Notes: a model not told the origin generated them from the sequence alone. A stretch of 42,389 bases of DNA from Desulfobacterales bacterium (GCA_030621655.1 JAUXHH010000001.1:1-42389), one strand, 5' to 3'. Counted from the stretch's first letter, positions 1 through 9,801 are shown. Program-made: numbers and translations.

Positions 1-57
<57 letters not shown>

Positions 58-69
58 TTTAACCTTAAA

Positions 70-98
70 TAAATAATCAATTTGGTACACTCAGTCAA
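70..98 (-). promoter_or_regulatory. Candidate sigma70 promoter for tRNA-Leu
   Basis: Minus strand reads TTGACT (93-98), a 17-nt spacer, then TATTTA (70-75). This lies about 12 nt upstream of the mature tRNA 5' end at 57. Confidence 0.4.
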
Positions 99-221
99 GG
101 TTGAGACCGCTTTATTGCCTGAGTTTCAACATGTTTTAACCAAGTGAGGCAAATTGTTTCCGGACGACATAAAAAAATTCCCACTCAGAACTTTTCCACT
201 GTACATCGATGGTCACCGTAT

Positions 222-647
222 TTAATCATCAACACCGATCACCGACTGACGCGTATGCTTCAATTTGCCACGGCGTTTTTTGGCCGCCATTCTTTTCTTA
301 ATTGAAGCGCCGGTTGGCTTTGTCCTGCGACGGGGTTTTATTTCAAAGGCAGACTTTACAATGAGTTGTATCAACCGATCCAGGGCATCTTTACGATTCA
401 AATCCTGTGATCGAAAACGGTTTGCATTAATTATTAAAACACCCCTGGTATTTATGCGATTCTTAGCAAGTTTTATCAGGCGGAGCCGGACGTGATCCGG
501 CAGGCTGGTGGAATGAGCCAGGTCAAAACGGAGTTGAACAGCGGTGGCTGCCTTATTGACATGCTGACCACCAGGGCCGGGAGATCGTATAAACTTGAAG
601 CGAATTTCACTTTCGTCAAGCTGTATCGCATCGGTGACATAAAACAT
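222..647 (-). CDS. arfB: Alternative ribosome-rescue factor ArfB (peptidyl-tRNA hydrolase, GGQ class)
   Basis: Has the GPGGQHVNK motif and a basic C-terminal tail (KPRRRTKPTGASIKKRMAAKKRRGK), with the size typical of ArfB/YaeJ. Start placed at ATG 645-647; the TTG at 659 is an alternative. Confidence 0.85.
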   Translation of the reverse strand: MFYVTDAIQLDESEIRFKFIRSPGPGGQHVNKAATAVQLRFDLAHSTSLPDHVRLRLIKLAKNRINTRGVLIINANRFRSQDLNRKDALDRLIQLIVKSAFEIKPRRRTKPTGASIKKRMAAKKRRGKLKHTRQSVIGVDD

Positions 648-683
648 TATAAACCACAAATCAGCAGTCGCTGATGGTTTTGG

Positions 684-1184
684 CTAAATTAATCCGTATT
701 TCTTTTTTAATTTCTGCTGGACATGTCCAGGAACAAGACCTGTCACATCCCCACCATGTTGTGCAGCGTCCTTGATAATGCTGGAACTGATAAATATCCA
801 GCGAAAACCGGTCATGAGAAAAACCGTCTCTACATTACGTTCCAGCCTTCTGTTCATAAGCGCCAACTGAAATTCATACTCAAAATCAGAGACCGCTCTC
901 AGTCCCCTGACTATTGATTTAGCCCCTTTATTAAAGGCATACTCCACCAAAAGCCCTGACACTGCTTCAACTTCTACCTTTTTATTATTTCCTTTAAAAC
1001 AATCCCTTATCATCTGTAACCGCTCTTCCAGAGTAAAAAGCTGGGTTTTACTCGGATGCCTGGCTACAGCAACAATTACACGATCAAACAGTTCAAGTGC
1101 ACGATTTATTATATCCAGATGCCCCATGGTTATAGGATCAAAAGTTCCTGGATAGATAACCAATCTTTCATTGTTCTCAGCCAT
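684..1184 (-). CDS. coaD: Phosphopantetheine adenylyltransferase
   Basis: N-terminal YPGTFDPITMGHLDII nucleotidyltransferase motif, ~160 aa, and a conserved ISSSxIK-like segment. Confidence 0.95.
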   Translation of the reverse strand: MAENNERLVIYPGTFDPITMGHLDIINRALELFDRVIVAVARHPSKTQLFTLEERLQMIRDCFKGNNKKVEVEAVSGLLVEYAFNKGAKSIVRGLRAVSDFEYEFQLALMNRRLERNVETVFLMTGFRWIFISSSIIKDAAQHGGDVTGLVPGHVQQKLKKKYGLI

Positions 1185-1210
1185 GCGGTTACCCCCTATT
1201 TATTCTCGGC

Positions 1211-1789
1211 TCAGGTTCGGCGATAGAACCAGAAGCCTGTATCTCCATAGCGTCTTTGGTCAACAAGTCTAAACTCTGTAACCTTGGACTCCAATTCTGC
1301 GAGTGCATCCTCTTCAACAACAACCAGAACATCGGAAGATAGAAGATTTGTCTTTTCTATCTCATGCAGCATTGTTGCGGACAGCCTTTTCCCGTACGGT
1401 GGATCAATAAATATAATGGAAAACCTTATTTCAGGCAGTTGTTTTGCTAAAAAATAAAGGCCCTTCGACAAATCCCGTTTCAAAACGAGTGTTCTGTCAG
1501 AAAAGCCACATAAATCGATATTTTTTTCAATCAGTTTAACGGCCTGTGGATTATTATCTACAAAAACAGCTCGTTGGGCAGTTCTACTCAACGCCTCAAG
1601 GCCGAAGGCACCTGTTCCGGCAGAGAGATCAAGAACAGTAGCATCTTTAATCTCCTGTCCTATTATACTGAAAAGCGCCTCCCGGGCCCTGTCAGCAGTC
1701 GGGCGAATGAGGTAACCGGAACATTTTGCAGTACTTTTTGAAGGTGTCTGCAAGCGCCTTCCTCTTGCTGTTCCCCCTATTATTCTCAA
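1211..1789 (-). CDS. rsmD: 16S rRNA (guanine966-N2)-methyltransferase RsmD
   Basis: MRIIGGTARGRRL N-terminus, SAM-binding LDLSAGTGAFGLEALSR and a DPPY motif. TTG start directly abuts the asd stop, and the rsmD-coaD adjacency is common. Confidence 0.9.
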   Translation of the reverse strand: MRIIGGTARGRRLQTPSKSTAKCSGYLIRPTADRAREALFSIIGQEIKDATVLDLSAGTGAFGLEALSRTAQRAVFVDNNPQAVKLIEKNIDLCGFSDRTLVLKRDLSKGLYFLAKQLPEIRFSIIFIDPPYGKRLSATMLHEIEKTNLLSSDVLVVVEEDALAELESKVTEFRLVDQRRYGDTGFWFYRRT

Positions 1790-2818
1790 TTACAAATAGT
1801 CCCTCGAAACTATTTCAGCGATCTGTACGGCATTTAAGGCAGCGCCCTTAAGAATATTGTCGGAAACAACCCAGAGATTTATGCCGTTGGCAATAGATTG
1901 GTCTTCCCGTATCCTGCCAACCAATGTCTCAAACTTTCCAGCGCAGTCAAGAGCCAAAGGATAGATACTCAGGCTTGGCTCATCAACAACCTTGACCCCG
2001 GAAGCTGTAGAGAGAAGTTCTTTTACTTCAGCAGCAGAAATCTTTTTTTCTGTCTCAATATTTACTGACTCGGAATGCCCATAAATTACCGGAACCCTGA
2101 CCGCAGTTGCTGTAACACCTATGGATGGATCTTCAAATATTTTATGGGTCTCATTCACCATTTTCATTTCTTCCTTGGTATAGCCACTATCAAGAAATGA
2201 GTCGATATGAGGCAGGCAGTTAAATGCAATCTGATGGGGGTAGACCTCCTTCTGCAAAGGGGTTCCTGCAGCATAAGCCTTTACCTGCCCCTCCAGTTCC
2301 GCAATGGCCTTTGCCCCGGTACCGGAAACTGCCTGGTATGTTGAGACGACTATACGTTTGATCCCCGCCTTATCATAAATCGGCTTTAATGCCACAACCA
2401 TCTGGATGGTGGAACAGTTGGGATTGGCAATAATTCCCCGGTTCGTATATTGGGCAATAGCATGAGGATTCACTTCCGGCACAACCAGGGGAATCTCATC
2501 ATCCATACGGTAGGCACTTGAATTATCAACAACAACAGCTCCAGCAGCGGCTGCAGCCGGGGCAAATTCAAGCGAGCGAGATGCTCCGGCAGAAAAAAGT
2601 GCCACGTCAATGTTGTCAAAAGCATCTTTTGACAACAGACCTACCTCTATCTCCCTGTCCTTGAATTTTAATTTTTTTCCAACAGAGCGTTCTGTTGCCA
2701 GCAGCCGCAGTTCATTAAGAGGGAAATTCCGCCTCTCCAAAACGCTAAGCATTGCACCACCCACTGCACCGGTGGCACCTGCAACAGCAACATTATATTT
2801 TCTTTCCTGATGACTCAT
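1790..2818 (-). CDS. asd: Aspartate-semialdehyde dehydrogenase
   Basis: GATGAVG Rossmann motif, active-site NPNCSTI, ~340 aa. Confidence 0.95.
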   Translation of the reverse strand: MSHQERKYNVAVAGATGAVGGAMLSVLERRNFPLNELRLLATERSVGKKLKFKDREIEVGLLSKDAFDNIDVALFSAGASRSLEFAPAAAAAGAVVVDNSSAYRMDDEIPLVVPEVNPHAIAQYTNRGIIANPNCSTIQMVVALKPIYDKAGIKRIVVSTYQAVSGTGAKAIAELEGQVKAYAAGTPLQKEVYPHQIAFNCLPHIDSFLDSGYTKEEMKMVNETHKIFEDPSIGVTATAVRVPVIYGHSESVNIETEKKISAAEVKELLSTASGVKVVDEPSLSIYPLALDCAGKFETLVGRIREDQSIANGINLWVVSDNILKGAALNAVQIAEIVSRDYL

Positions 2819-2821
2819 AAC

Positions 2822-2876
2822 TAAATTCTAAATTCGTATTTCTTAATTCTGCATTCGTCATTCTGCATTCTGCATT
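2822..2876. repeat. Heptamer tandem repeats filling the asd-leuB intergenic spacer
   Basis: TAAATTC occurs twice (2822-2835). Then ATTCTGC/ATTCGTC/ATTCTGC/ATTCTGC occupy 2846-2873, followed by a partial ATT (2874-2876). Confidence 0.8.
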
Positions 2877-2879
2877 TAA

Positions 2880-3938
2880 TTATAGCGCTCCTGCAACCAG
2901 GTCACCTACTTCCCTGGTTCCATATCCCATCTTACCGGCAGACATACTTTCCATTTTTTCTGCAACGACCCAACGAATAGCATTTTCTATGGCCTGGGCA
3001 GCTTCCGTCTCGCCAAGATGGTCCATCATCATCTGGGCTGCACCAATTGCAGCCAGAGGGTTTATCACATTCTGGCCGGTATATTTGGGGGCTGAACCAC
3101 CTATGGGTTCAAACATGCTTATTCCCTCGGGATTAATATTCCCACCAGCCGCAATACCCATACCTCCCTGGATCATAGCGCCCAGGTCCGTGATAATATC
3201 ACCGAACATATTATCTGTAACAATCACATCAAACCATTCCGGATTCTTAACCATCCACATGCACGTTGCATCAACATGGGCATAGTCTGTTTTGATATCC
3301 GGATATTCTTCAGCCACCTCATAAAACGCCCGCTCCCAGAGATCAAAAGCAAAGGTAAGCACATTTGTTTTGCCACAGAGAGTTACCTGTTTTCTTTTGT
3401 TCCGCTTACGGGCATATTCAAAGGCAAATCGAATACAGCGCTCAACCCCTTTCCTGGTATTAATTGACTCCTGTATCGCAACTTCATCTGCAGTACCTTT
3501 TTTCAAGACTCCACCAGCACCGGCATAAAGTCCTTCCGTATTTTCCCGAACCACTACGAAATCAATTTCCTCAGGCCCTTTGTTCTTAATAGGGGTTTCT
3601 ACATTGGGATACAATATAACGGGACGCAGATTGATATACTGATCCAGAGCAAAACGGAGACTCAAAAGAATGCCTTTTTCCAGAATGCCCGGCTTCACAT
3701 CAGGGTGACCAATGGCCCCGAGGAAAATGGCATCATGCTTGTTTAATTCTTCGACGGCATTGTCCGGTAGAACCTCGCCGGTACGGATATAACGTTCTCC
3801 CCCATAATCAAAGTCCGTCAATTCCAGATTGAAATTAAATTTACTTGCCGCTTCCTTAAGAACCTTCACACCTTCGGCAGTCACCTCCGGGCCGGTACCA
3901 TCACCACCCATAACTGCAATTTTATACGTTTTACCCAT
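2880..3938 (-). CDS. leuB: 3-isopropylmalate dehydrogenase (isocitrate/isopropylmalate dehydrogenase family, tartrate-dehydrogenase-like subgroup)
   Basis: IAVMGGDGTGPEV N-terminus, LRPV, VRENTEGLY and NMFGDIITDL motifs. Lies directly downstream of leuA. Confidence 0.85.
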   Translation of the reverse strand: MGKTYKIAVMGGDGTGPEVTAEGVKVLKEAASKFNFNLELTDFDYGGERYIRTGEVLPDNAVEELNKHDAIFLGAIGHPDVKPGILEKGILLSLRFALDQYINLRPVILYPNVETPIKNKGPEEIDFVVVRENTEGLYAGAGGVLKKGTADEVAIQESINTRKGVERCIRFAFEYARKRNKRKQVTLCGKTNVLTFAFDLWERAFYEVAEEYPDIKTDYAHVDATCMWMVKNPEWFDVIVTDNMFGDIITDLGAMIQGGMGIAAGGNINPEGISMFEPIGGSAPKYTGQNVINPLAAIGAAQMMMDHLGETEAAQAIENAIRWVVAEKMESMSAGKMGYGTREVGDLVAGAL

Positions 3939-3974
3939 TATTCTCTCTGTCCTGTTTGTTAATTTTTCTTGTTA

Positions 3975-5501
3975 TTATTTCTTGTCAGCTTCTTTTTGTA
4001 AATATACATGCCTGTTCAAACCATTAAGATAAGCCTTTCCTGCAGCGGTAATGATATCCGGATCAAGTCCATGGCCGATCACTACTCTGCCGTTATCCTC
4101 AATCCTGAGAAGCACATCTCCCAGGGCATCAGTTCCACCGGTGAAAGAACTTACCGAAAAAAAGAGCAGTTTACTGCTTGTTCCAGTGAGCTCTGCTATA
4201 GCGCGGTACGTTGCGTCAATGGGGCCGACACCGATTGCTGCACCCTCTTTTTGCACACCATCTATCTTAAGACGAACAGCAGCAGTAGGCATTTTCATGC
4301 TGCCACTCATAACTCCCAGAGAAACCAGTTCATAAACCTCAGGAATCCGGATTATTTCATCCATAATAATGGCCTCTATATCCTCATCGAATATCTCCTT
4401 CCTGAGATCAGCCAAATCCTTAAACCTGGAAAATACTCTTGCCAGTTCTTCATCTGACAGGGAGTAGCCTATTACCTCGATACGGTCCTTCAGGGCATGA
4501 CGACCGGAGTGTTTTCCCAGAACCAGATTCCCCTTGGTCAGACCGATGTCAGAAGGATTCATGATCTCATATGTCGTCCTCTCCTTCAAAACTCCGTCCT
4601 GATGAATTCCTGCTTCATGGGCAAAGGCATTGGCCCCGACAATTGCCTTGTTAGGCTGGACCGGCATGCCGGCAATTGTGCTTACCAGCCGGCTGCTGGG
4701 GTAGATATGCTCAGTGACTATATCAGTATGAATATTCATCTGGTCAGATCTGGTGCGAACTGCCATGACCACTTCTTCCATGGCAGTATTGCCGGCTCTC
4801 TCGCCTAAACCGTTTATTGTGCACTCTACCTGGCGCGCACCGCTGTTAATAGCAGCAAGTGAGTTTGCCACTGCCAGACCAAGATCATTATGACAATGAA
4901 CACTCAGGATCGCTTTATCAATGTTGGGAATATTATCAATCAGATAGCGAATCTGTTCACCGTGTTCACTGGGCAATGCATAGCCGGTAGTGTCTGGAAA
5001 GTTAACGGTCGCAGCACCCGCCTCAATGACGGCTTCGAACACCTGACAGACAAACTCTATATCGCTTCTTGTTGCATCTTCAGCTGAAAATTCAACATTG
5101 GATGTGTACTTTGCCGCATGCTTTACTGAAGCAACTGCCAACTCGAGCACCTGCTCCCTACTCATTCTGAGCTTGTGTTGCATATGGATATCTGAGGTTG
5201 CCAGGAATGTATGAATTCTTGAGTTCTCTCCATTCTTCAAGGCCTCCCAGGCGCGATCAATATCTTTTATACTGCAACGTGCTAAACCAGCAACCTGTAC
5301 ACCCTTTATATTATCGGCAATGTTTTTTACACATTCAAAATCACCAACAGATGCAATGGGAAAACCTGCCTCTATTATATCAACATTCAAGAGTACGAGC
5401 TGTTGGGCCAGGCGAAACTTTTCCTGCATATTCATGCTGGCGCCGGGAGATTGTTCGCCGTCGCGTAATGTTGTATCAAATATATAAATTTTCTCAGACA
5501 T
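3975..5501 (-). CDS. leuA: 2-isopropylmalate synthase
   Basis: [23 protein letters not shown] and HEAGIHQDG motifs plus a C-terminal LeuA dimerisation/regulatory domain. Start set at the ATG preceded by AGAGGT; the ORF-track start at 5543 adds 14 unlikely residues. Confidence 0.95.
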   Translation of the reverse strand: MSEKIYIFDTTLRDGEQSPGASMNMQEKFRLAQQLVLLNVDIIEAGFPIASVGDFECVKNIADNIKGVQVAGLARCSIKDIDRAWEALKNGENSRIHTFLATSDIHMQHKLRMSREQVLELAVASVKHAAKYTSNVEFSAEDATRSDIEFVCQVFEAVIEAGAATVNFPDTTGYALPSEHGEQIRYLIDNIPNIDKAILSVHCHNDLGLAVANSLAAINSGARQVECTINGLGERAGNTAMEEVVMAVRTRSDQMNIHTDIVTEHIYPSSRLVSTIAGMPVQPNKAIVGANAFAHEAGIHQDGVLKERTTYEIMNPSDIGLTKGNLVLGKHSGRHALKDRIEVIGYSLSDEELARVFSRFKDLADLRKEIFDEDIEAIIMDEIIRIPEVYELVSLGVMSGSMKMPTAAVRLKIDGVQKEGAAIGVGPIDATYRAIAELTGTSSKLLFFSVSSFTGGTDALGDVLLRIEDNGRVVIGHGLDPDIITAAGKAYLNGLNRHVYLQKEADKK

Positions 5502-5666
5502 GATTATTACCTCTGCCGGCAGAGTGTCAGTAAAAGCATACAATTGCTACTCTGCTGTCGATTTTCCCAAAATCTGTAATCTCTATAACAAAACAGGAAA
5601 TGCCAGGATAATCATCCCGGCCATCTCCATGATTCAGCCAAACTTAATATTTATGAATCTTATGGT

Positions 5667-6449
5667 TTAAATGATATTTTCCTGCTCTTCAGCACTCTTA
5701 TCATCCTTGCGTAGAACCCTGTACGCTGTACTGAATGGGCCGGATAGGACATAGATACCACCTATCACAAAAAGTGTCACCTGTGGTTCCGCAGCTACAA
5801 GTATCATCAGCAGGACCATGGCCACCGTTACCTGAAAGGTCTTTTTTCTTTTAGCTGACGGATGTTTGAAACTCATGTAACGAACATTACTTACCATAAG
5901 ATAGGAAAGCAGATAGACTAAAATCAAAATGGAGAGATGCTTTACCGTTTCAGGTGCACCAAGAAATCTGGAAAAAAGGACCGTCGTAGCTATCATACCA
6001 GCTGCGGCTGGACATGGGAGTCCAACAAAATCCTGTGGTGACTTTTCCAAAGCAAGAGAATTAAAACGCGCAAGACGTAATGCAGTGGTTGCCACATAGA
6101 GAAACGCAGCAAGCCAGCCATACCGTCCATACGGTTCCAAAGCCCAAAGATAAGCAAGTAAAGCAGGTGCGACCCCAAAAGATACAAGATCACTTAAAGA
6201 ATCATATTCCATACCAAAGGTACTGGTGGTATTTGTCATCCGCGCGACCCTGCCATCAAGTCCGTCAAAAATACCTGCCACAATTATTGCAACAGCAGCA
6301 TTGAAGAAATCACCGTTTATGGCTGAAATAATAGCATAAAAACCACTTAAAAGGCTTGCAGTGGTAAATAAACACGGCAGAGGATGAATCATGCGTTGCC
6401 CATGACTACCTTGCTCATTATCGCTATTATTCGGGTTAATACAACTCAT
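5667..6449 (-). CDS. pssA: CDP-diacylglycerol--serine O-phosphatidyltransferase
   Basis: CDP-alcohol phosphatidyltransferase motif DGLDGRVAR...G(x3)D(x3)D, multiple TM segments, adjacent to psd. Confidence 0.9.
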   Translation of the reverse strand: MSCINPNNSDNEQGSHGQRMIHPLPCLFTTASLLSGFYAIISAINGDFFNAAVAIIVAGIFDGLDGRVARMTNTTSTFGMEYDSLSDLVSFGVAPALLAYLWALEPYGRYGWLAAFLYVATTALRLARFNSLALEKSPQDFVGLPCPAAAGMIATTVLFSRFLGAPETVKHLSILILVYLLSYLMVSNVRYMSFKHPSAKRKKTFQVTVAMVLLMILVAAEPQVTLFVIGGIYVLSGPFSTAYRVLRKDDKSAEEQENII

Positions 6450-6541
6450 GTCTCTTGCCTTTGGATTATGTTATAAGCAAATAGTTAAACAAATTAATCT
6501 TAGATTATATCATATTTATGATATAAAAATCCCTAAAATAA

Positions 6542-7186
6542 TTACGTTAGGTAGCCAATGACGGTCTCTCCCGCCTTCACCTTCTGGCCAGAACTTACTT
6601 CAAGCTGTATATTTTGAGGCAAATAGAGATCGACTCTGGAACCAAAGCGGATCATCCCAAATCGCTTCCCACGCTCTATCGTATCACCTTTCTCTACCCA
6701 ACAGACAATTCTGCGTGCCAACAGTCCAGCAATTTGCACAACAGCATAACGAAAGTTTTTTTCTGTGGTAAGAATCACTCCGCAGTGTTCATTGGCAAGC
6801 CCTGCCTGGTCAGTATTTGCAGCATAGAAACTTCCCGGTCCATATTGTATTTTTTCAACTTCTCCGGCAAACGGCACTCGATTAACATGCACATCAAAAA
6901 CAGACATAAAAATACTGATCTTATAAACATGCTCGTTAACAAACCGATCATCAAAAATCTTTTCTACCAGGATAATCTTGCCGTCAGCAGGTGCCACAAC
7001 AACATCTTCATCATCCGGTGAGATACGTTCAGGATCCCTGAAGAAATAAACGACAAACCCTGTCAGAAAAAGAGTTATCAATGTTAATAGATCATATTCG
7101 AGCAATGCAAATATGAAGGTTGCAAAAGCGACAAAAACTATAAATGGATATCCTTCCCTTGCAACGGGTATTTGGGCTACTTTCAT
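6542..7186 (-). CDS. psd: Phosphatidylserine decarboxylase proenzyme (short form)
   Basis: N-terminal TM region, FMSVFDVHVNR and a C-terminal FGSR self-cleavage (pyruvoyl-forming G-S) site, ~214 aa. Confidence 0.9.
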   Translation of the reverse strand: MKVAQIPVAREGYPFIVFVAFATFIFALLEYDLLTLITLFLTGFVVYFFRDPERISPDDEDVVVAPADGKIILVEKIFDDRFVNEHVYKISIFMSVFDVHVNRVPFAGEVEKIQYGPGSFYAANTDQAGLANEHCGVILTTEKNFRYAVVQIAGLLARRIVCWVEKGDTIERGKRFGMIRFGSRVDLYLPQNIQLEVSSGQKVKAGETVIGYLT

Positions 7187-7389
7187 GACTTAAAAATATT
7201 CTCTTGTGGGAAAATTATTTGTCATTGTGCCAGACCTAAGCAGCAATCACCTGTTTAAGTGCAGATAAATCAGTAAAATAATCCTGCGCTTCCTTCTAAA
7301 AAGGCAAAGTTAGGCAGGATAACCGTCTTAGAATGACAGTGAGCCATACTCTTACCACTAAAAAGTTTTCTATGCAGTCTAATTTCTGA

Positions 7390-7872
7390 TTATGATTTTT
7401 TGGCTCGTGCCATGGCAATAGTTCCGGTACGAACTATTTCCTGGATACCGATAGGCTTGAGTATATCTATCACTGCCTTGATTTTACTCTGGGGCCCGGT
7501 AATCTCAACAGCATAACTCTTGGGACTGACATCAACGACTTTACCCCGAAAGATATCAATTACCCGCAATACTTCTGCACGGGTATGAGATTCCGCCTTT
7601 ACACGAATAAGCGCCATTTCCCTTTCAACAAATTCTGACTCACCGACATCAACAACCTTGATAACATCAATCAGTTTATGTAATTGCTTGGTTATCTGCT
7701 CGATAATAGGATCCGGCCCGCGTGTAACCAATGTGAGGCAGGAAACTCCTGCGTCAAGAGTTTCTGCAACGCTGAGACTTTCTATATTAAAACCGCGCCC
7801 ACTGAAAAGACCTGTAACTCTAGACAAAACACCGGGTTTGTTTTGTAATAAAACAGAAATGGTATGTTTCAT
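7390..7872 (-). CDS. ilvN: Acetolactate synthase small (regulatory) subunit
   Basis: ACT-domain N-terminus HTISVLLQNKPGVLSRVTGLFSGRGFNIESL, ~160 aa, directly downstream of ilvB. Confidence 0.95.
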   Translation of the reverse strand: MKHTISVLLQNKPGVLSRVTGLFSGRGFNIESLSVAETLDAGVSCLTLVTRGPDPIIEQITKQLHKLIDVIKVVDVGESEFVEREMALIRVKAESHTRAEVLRVIDIFRGKVVDVSPKSYAVEITGPQSKIKAVIDILKPIGIQEIVRTGTIAMARAKKS

Positions 7873-7928
7873 TTCACTTTCCTTTTATAATTTATGCAAT
7901 ACTATTCAAGAATTGATTCCGCAATAAT

Positions 7929-9626
7929 TTACGACAAAAGCATTTCGGTTGTTGCCTTTCCGGCCGGCACCATTGGATACACTCCTTCCTCCCTGGCAAT
8001 AACAAAATCCATAAAAACTGTATTATCAGTTGCCAGAGCCTCCTTGATAACAGGCTCAACCTCGCTAACCTTGGTAGCCCGCAACCCGACAGCACCATAT
8101 GCCTCCGCCAATTTCACAAAATCCGGAGAAACTTCAAGGTCAGTACCTGCGTAACGCTTATCATAAAAAAGCTCCTGCCACTGTCTGACCATTCCCAGAT
8201 AGCCGTTATTTAAAATTGCAATCTTCACCGGGCATTTATACTGTCTCGCGGTGGCCAATTCCTGGATATTCATCTGAATGGAACCATCACCGGCCACATC
8301 AATAACAATTTTGTCCGGTGCAGCCATCTGGGCCCCTATTGCTGCCGGGAAACCATATCCCATAACACCAAGGCCCCCGGACGTAAGAAAATGCCTCGGC
8401 TTATTAAAATGATAAAACTGGGCCGCCCACATCTGGTTCTGTCCAACCTCGGTAGAAATAATTGCATCACCATTTGTCATCTCATGGAGTTTCTGAACCA
8501 CAAATTGCGGCTTGATGATATCGCCTTCTTCGACATATCCCAGAGGATGATCGCGCTTCCAACTGTTAATTTCATCCAACCAGGGACCAAGTTTTTCTCC
8601 CTGCTCCTTGCCATTGAAATCTTCCTGGACATCAAACCATCTGTTCATGGCTGTTAAAGCATACTTGCAATCAGCAACTATGGGTATATCGACTTTGACA
8701 TTCTTGCTGATCGAAGTTGGATCAATATCAACGTGAATAATCTTTGCATGCGGTGCAAAATCAGCAAGCTTACCTGTTACCCTATCATCAAATCTTGCCC
8801 CAACAGCAATGAGGAGATCACACTGCGACACTGCCATATTGGCAAAATACGTACCATGCATGCCGAGCATACCCATTGAGAGTTTATGGGTGCCGGGAAA
8901 TCCTCCCAATCCCATAAGAGTCATCGTGGTGGGAATATTCAACTTGGTGGCAAGCTCAGTCAATTCTTCATTGCTGTCTGATGCAATGACACCACCTCCA
9001 GCATAAATCACCGGTTTTTTTGCTTTCAGTATTTCTTTACAGGCCTTGGCAATCTGGCCAGGATGGGGCTCATAGGTTGGCCTGTAAGTCTGCATTTTAA
9101 CAGGCTTGGGCTCGGGAAATTTAGCCTTTGCTACTACCACATCTTTAGGCAGGTCTATGAGAACGGGGCCTGGTCTGCCTGTTCTGGCAACATAAAAAGC
9201 CTCCCGAATAGTTTCTGCGAGGTCTTTGGGATCCTTCACCAAATAATTATGTTTGGTGCAGGGCCTGGTAATGCCAATAATATCAACTTCCTGAAAAGCA
9301 TCATTACCTATAAGGCCTGTTGGAACCTGTCCTGTAAAAACCACCATGGGGATGGAGTCACAATAAGCCGAAGCTATTCCTGTTACGGTATTTGTTGCTC
9401 CAGGTCCTGAGGTAACCAGGGCCACCCCTACTTCACCCTTGACTCGGCCATATGCATCTGCCGCATGGACAGCGGCCTGTTCATGCCTTACAAGAACATT
9501 GGTAATATCGGATTTTTCCAGTTCGTCAAATAAATCAATTATCACTCCACCGGGAAACCCAAAAATAACTTCAACTCCCTGCTCTTCGAGACATTTAACA
9601 ATCGCTTCTGCGCCTGTAACTTTCAT
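7929..9626 (-). CDS. ilvB: Acetolactate synthase large (catalytic) subunit
   Basis: ThDP-enzyme architecture with GFPGG, RHEQAA and GDGSIQMNIQEL (ThDP-binding) motifs, 565 aa. Confidence 0.95.
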   Translation of the reverse strand: MKVTGAEAIVKCLEEQGVEVIFGFPGGVIIDLFDELEKSDITNVLVRHEQAAVHAADAYGRVKGEVGVALVTSGPGATNTVTGIASAYCDSIPMVVFTGQVPTGLIGNDAFQEVDIIGITRPCTKHNYLVKDPKDLAETIREAFYVARTGRPGPVLIDLPKDVVVAKAKFPEPKPVKMQTYRPTYEPHPGQIAKACKEILKAKKPVIYAGGGVIASDSNEELTELATKLNIPTTMTLMGLGGFPGTHKLSMGMLGMHGTYFANMAVSQCDLLIAVGARFDDRVTGKLADFAPHAKIIHVDIDPTSISKNVKVDIPIVADCKYALTAMNRWFDVQEDFNGKEQGEKLGPWLDEINSWKRDHPLGYVEEGDIIKPQFVVQKLHEMTNGDAIISTEVGQNQMWAAQFYHFNKPRHFLTSGGLGVMGYGFPAAIGAQMAAPDKIVIDVAGDGSIQMNIQELATARQYKCPVKIAILNNGYLGMVRQWQELFYDKRYAGTDLEVSPDFVKLAEAYGAVGLRATKVSEVEPVIKEALATDNTVFMDFVIAREEGVYPMVPAGKATTEMLLS

Positions 9627-9773
9627 AGAAACTTCCTTCGATTCCTGATTTACTCAAAATATGCCCTTCTTTTTAAGATATATGGGCACTCTCCAAAGAC
9701 CCTGAATATTGACTCAGCAAGGGTCTAGCAACTAATTTTATAAAATTGAAAAAATTTTTAGAAAAGATAGGAA

Positions 9774-9801
9774 TATATAGCACCATGACTCAACTTGTCA
9801 A
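9774..9801 (-). promoter_or_regulatory. Candidate sigma70 promoter of ilvBN
   Basis: Minus strand reads TTGACA (9796-9801), a 16-nt spacer, then TATATA (9774-9779). This is about 150 nt upstream of the ilvB ATG. Confidence 0.45.

Noticed and set aside
5502-5543. N-terminal extensions in the ORF track for leuA (to 5543), pal (to 27501), rlmB (to 20210), mqnB (to 11463) and the AmmeMemo rSAM (to 41531).
   Set aside because: Internal ATGs preceded by good SD sequences align with the conserved N-termini of the families. The pal extension would bury the lipoprotein signal peptide, and the rlmB extension would overlap gmk by 62 nt.
5583-5630. A 15-codon minus-strand ORF (MEMAGMIILAFPVLL) upstream of leuA, as a possible leucine leader peptide.
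   Set aside because: It has only three Leu, not consecutive. It has no SD, and no convincing terminator/antiterminator pair follows it. The CTCTGCCGGCAGAG palindrome near the leuA RBS has no loop.
7220-7245. A TGGCAC-containing sequence (minus strand, near 7229) as a possible sigma54 promoter in the psd-ilvN gap.
   Set aside because: The downstream element reads CAAAT instead of TTGCA at the required spacing, so it is not a -24/-12 promoter.
265-9648. Numerous 60-150 aa ORFs antisense to, or out of frame within, arfB, coaD, asd, leuB, leuA, pssA, psd, ilvN and ilvB (e.g. 265..495, 2989..3285, 4008..4457, 4497..4808, 6614..7021, 9063..9410).
   Set aside because: Each lies entirely inside a strongly recognisable CDS on the opposite strand or in another frame. 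Their compositions are skewed (Ser/Pro/Arg/Cys-rich), as expected of shadow ORFs. None has a motif or an RBS that I can see.
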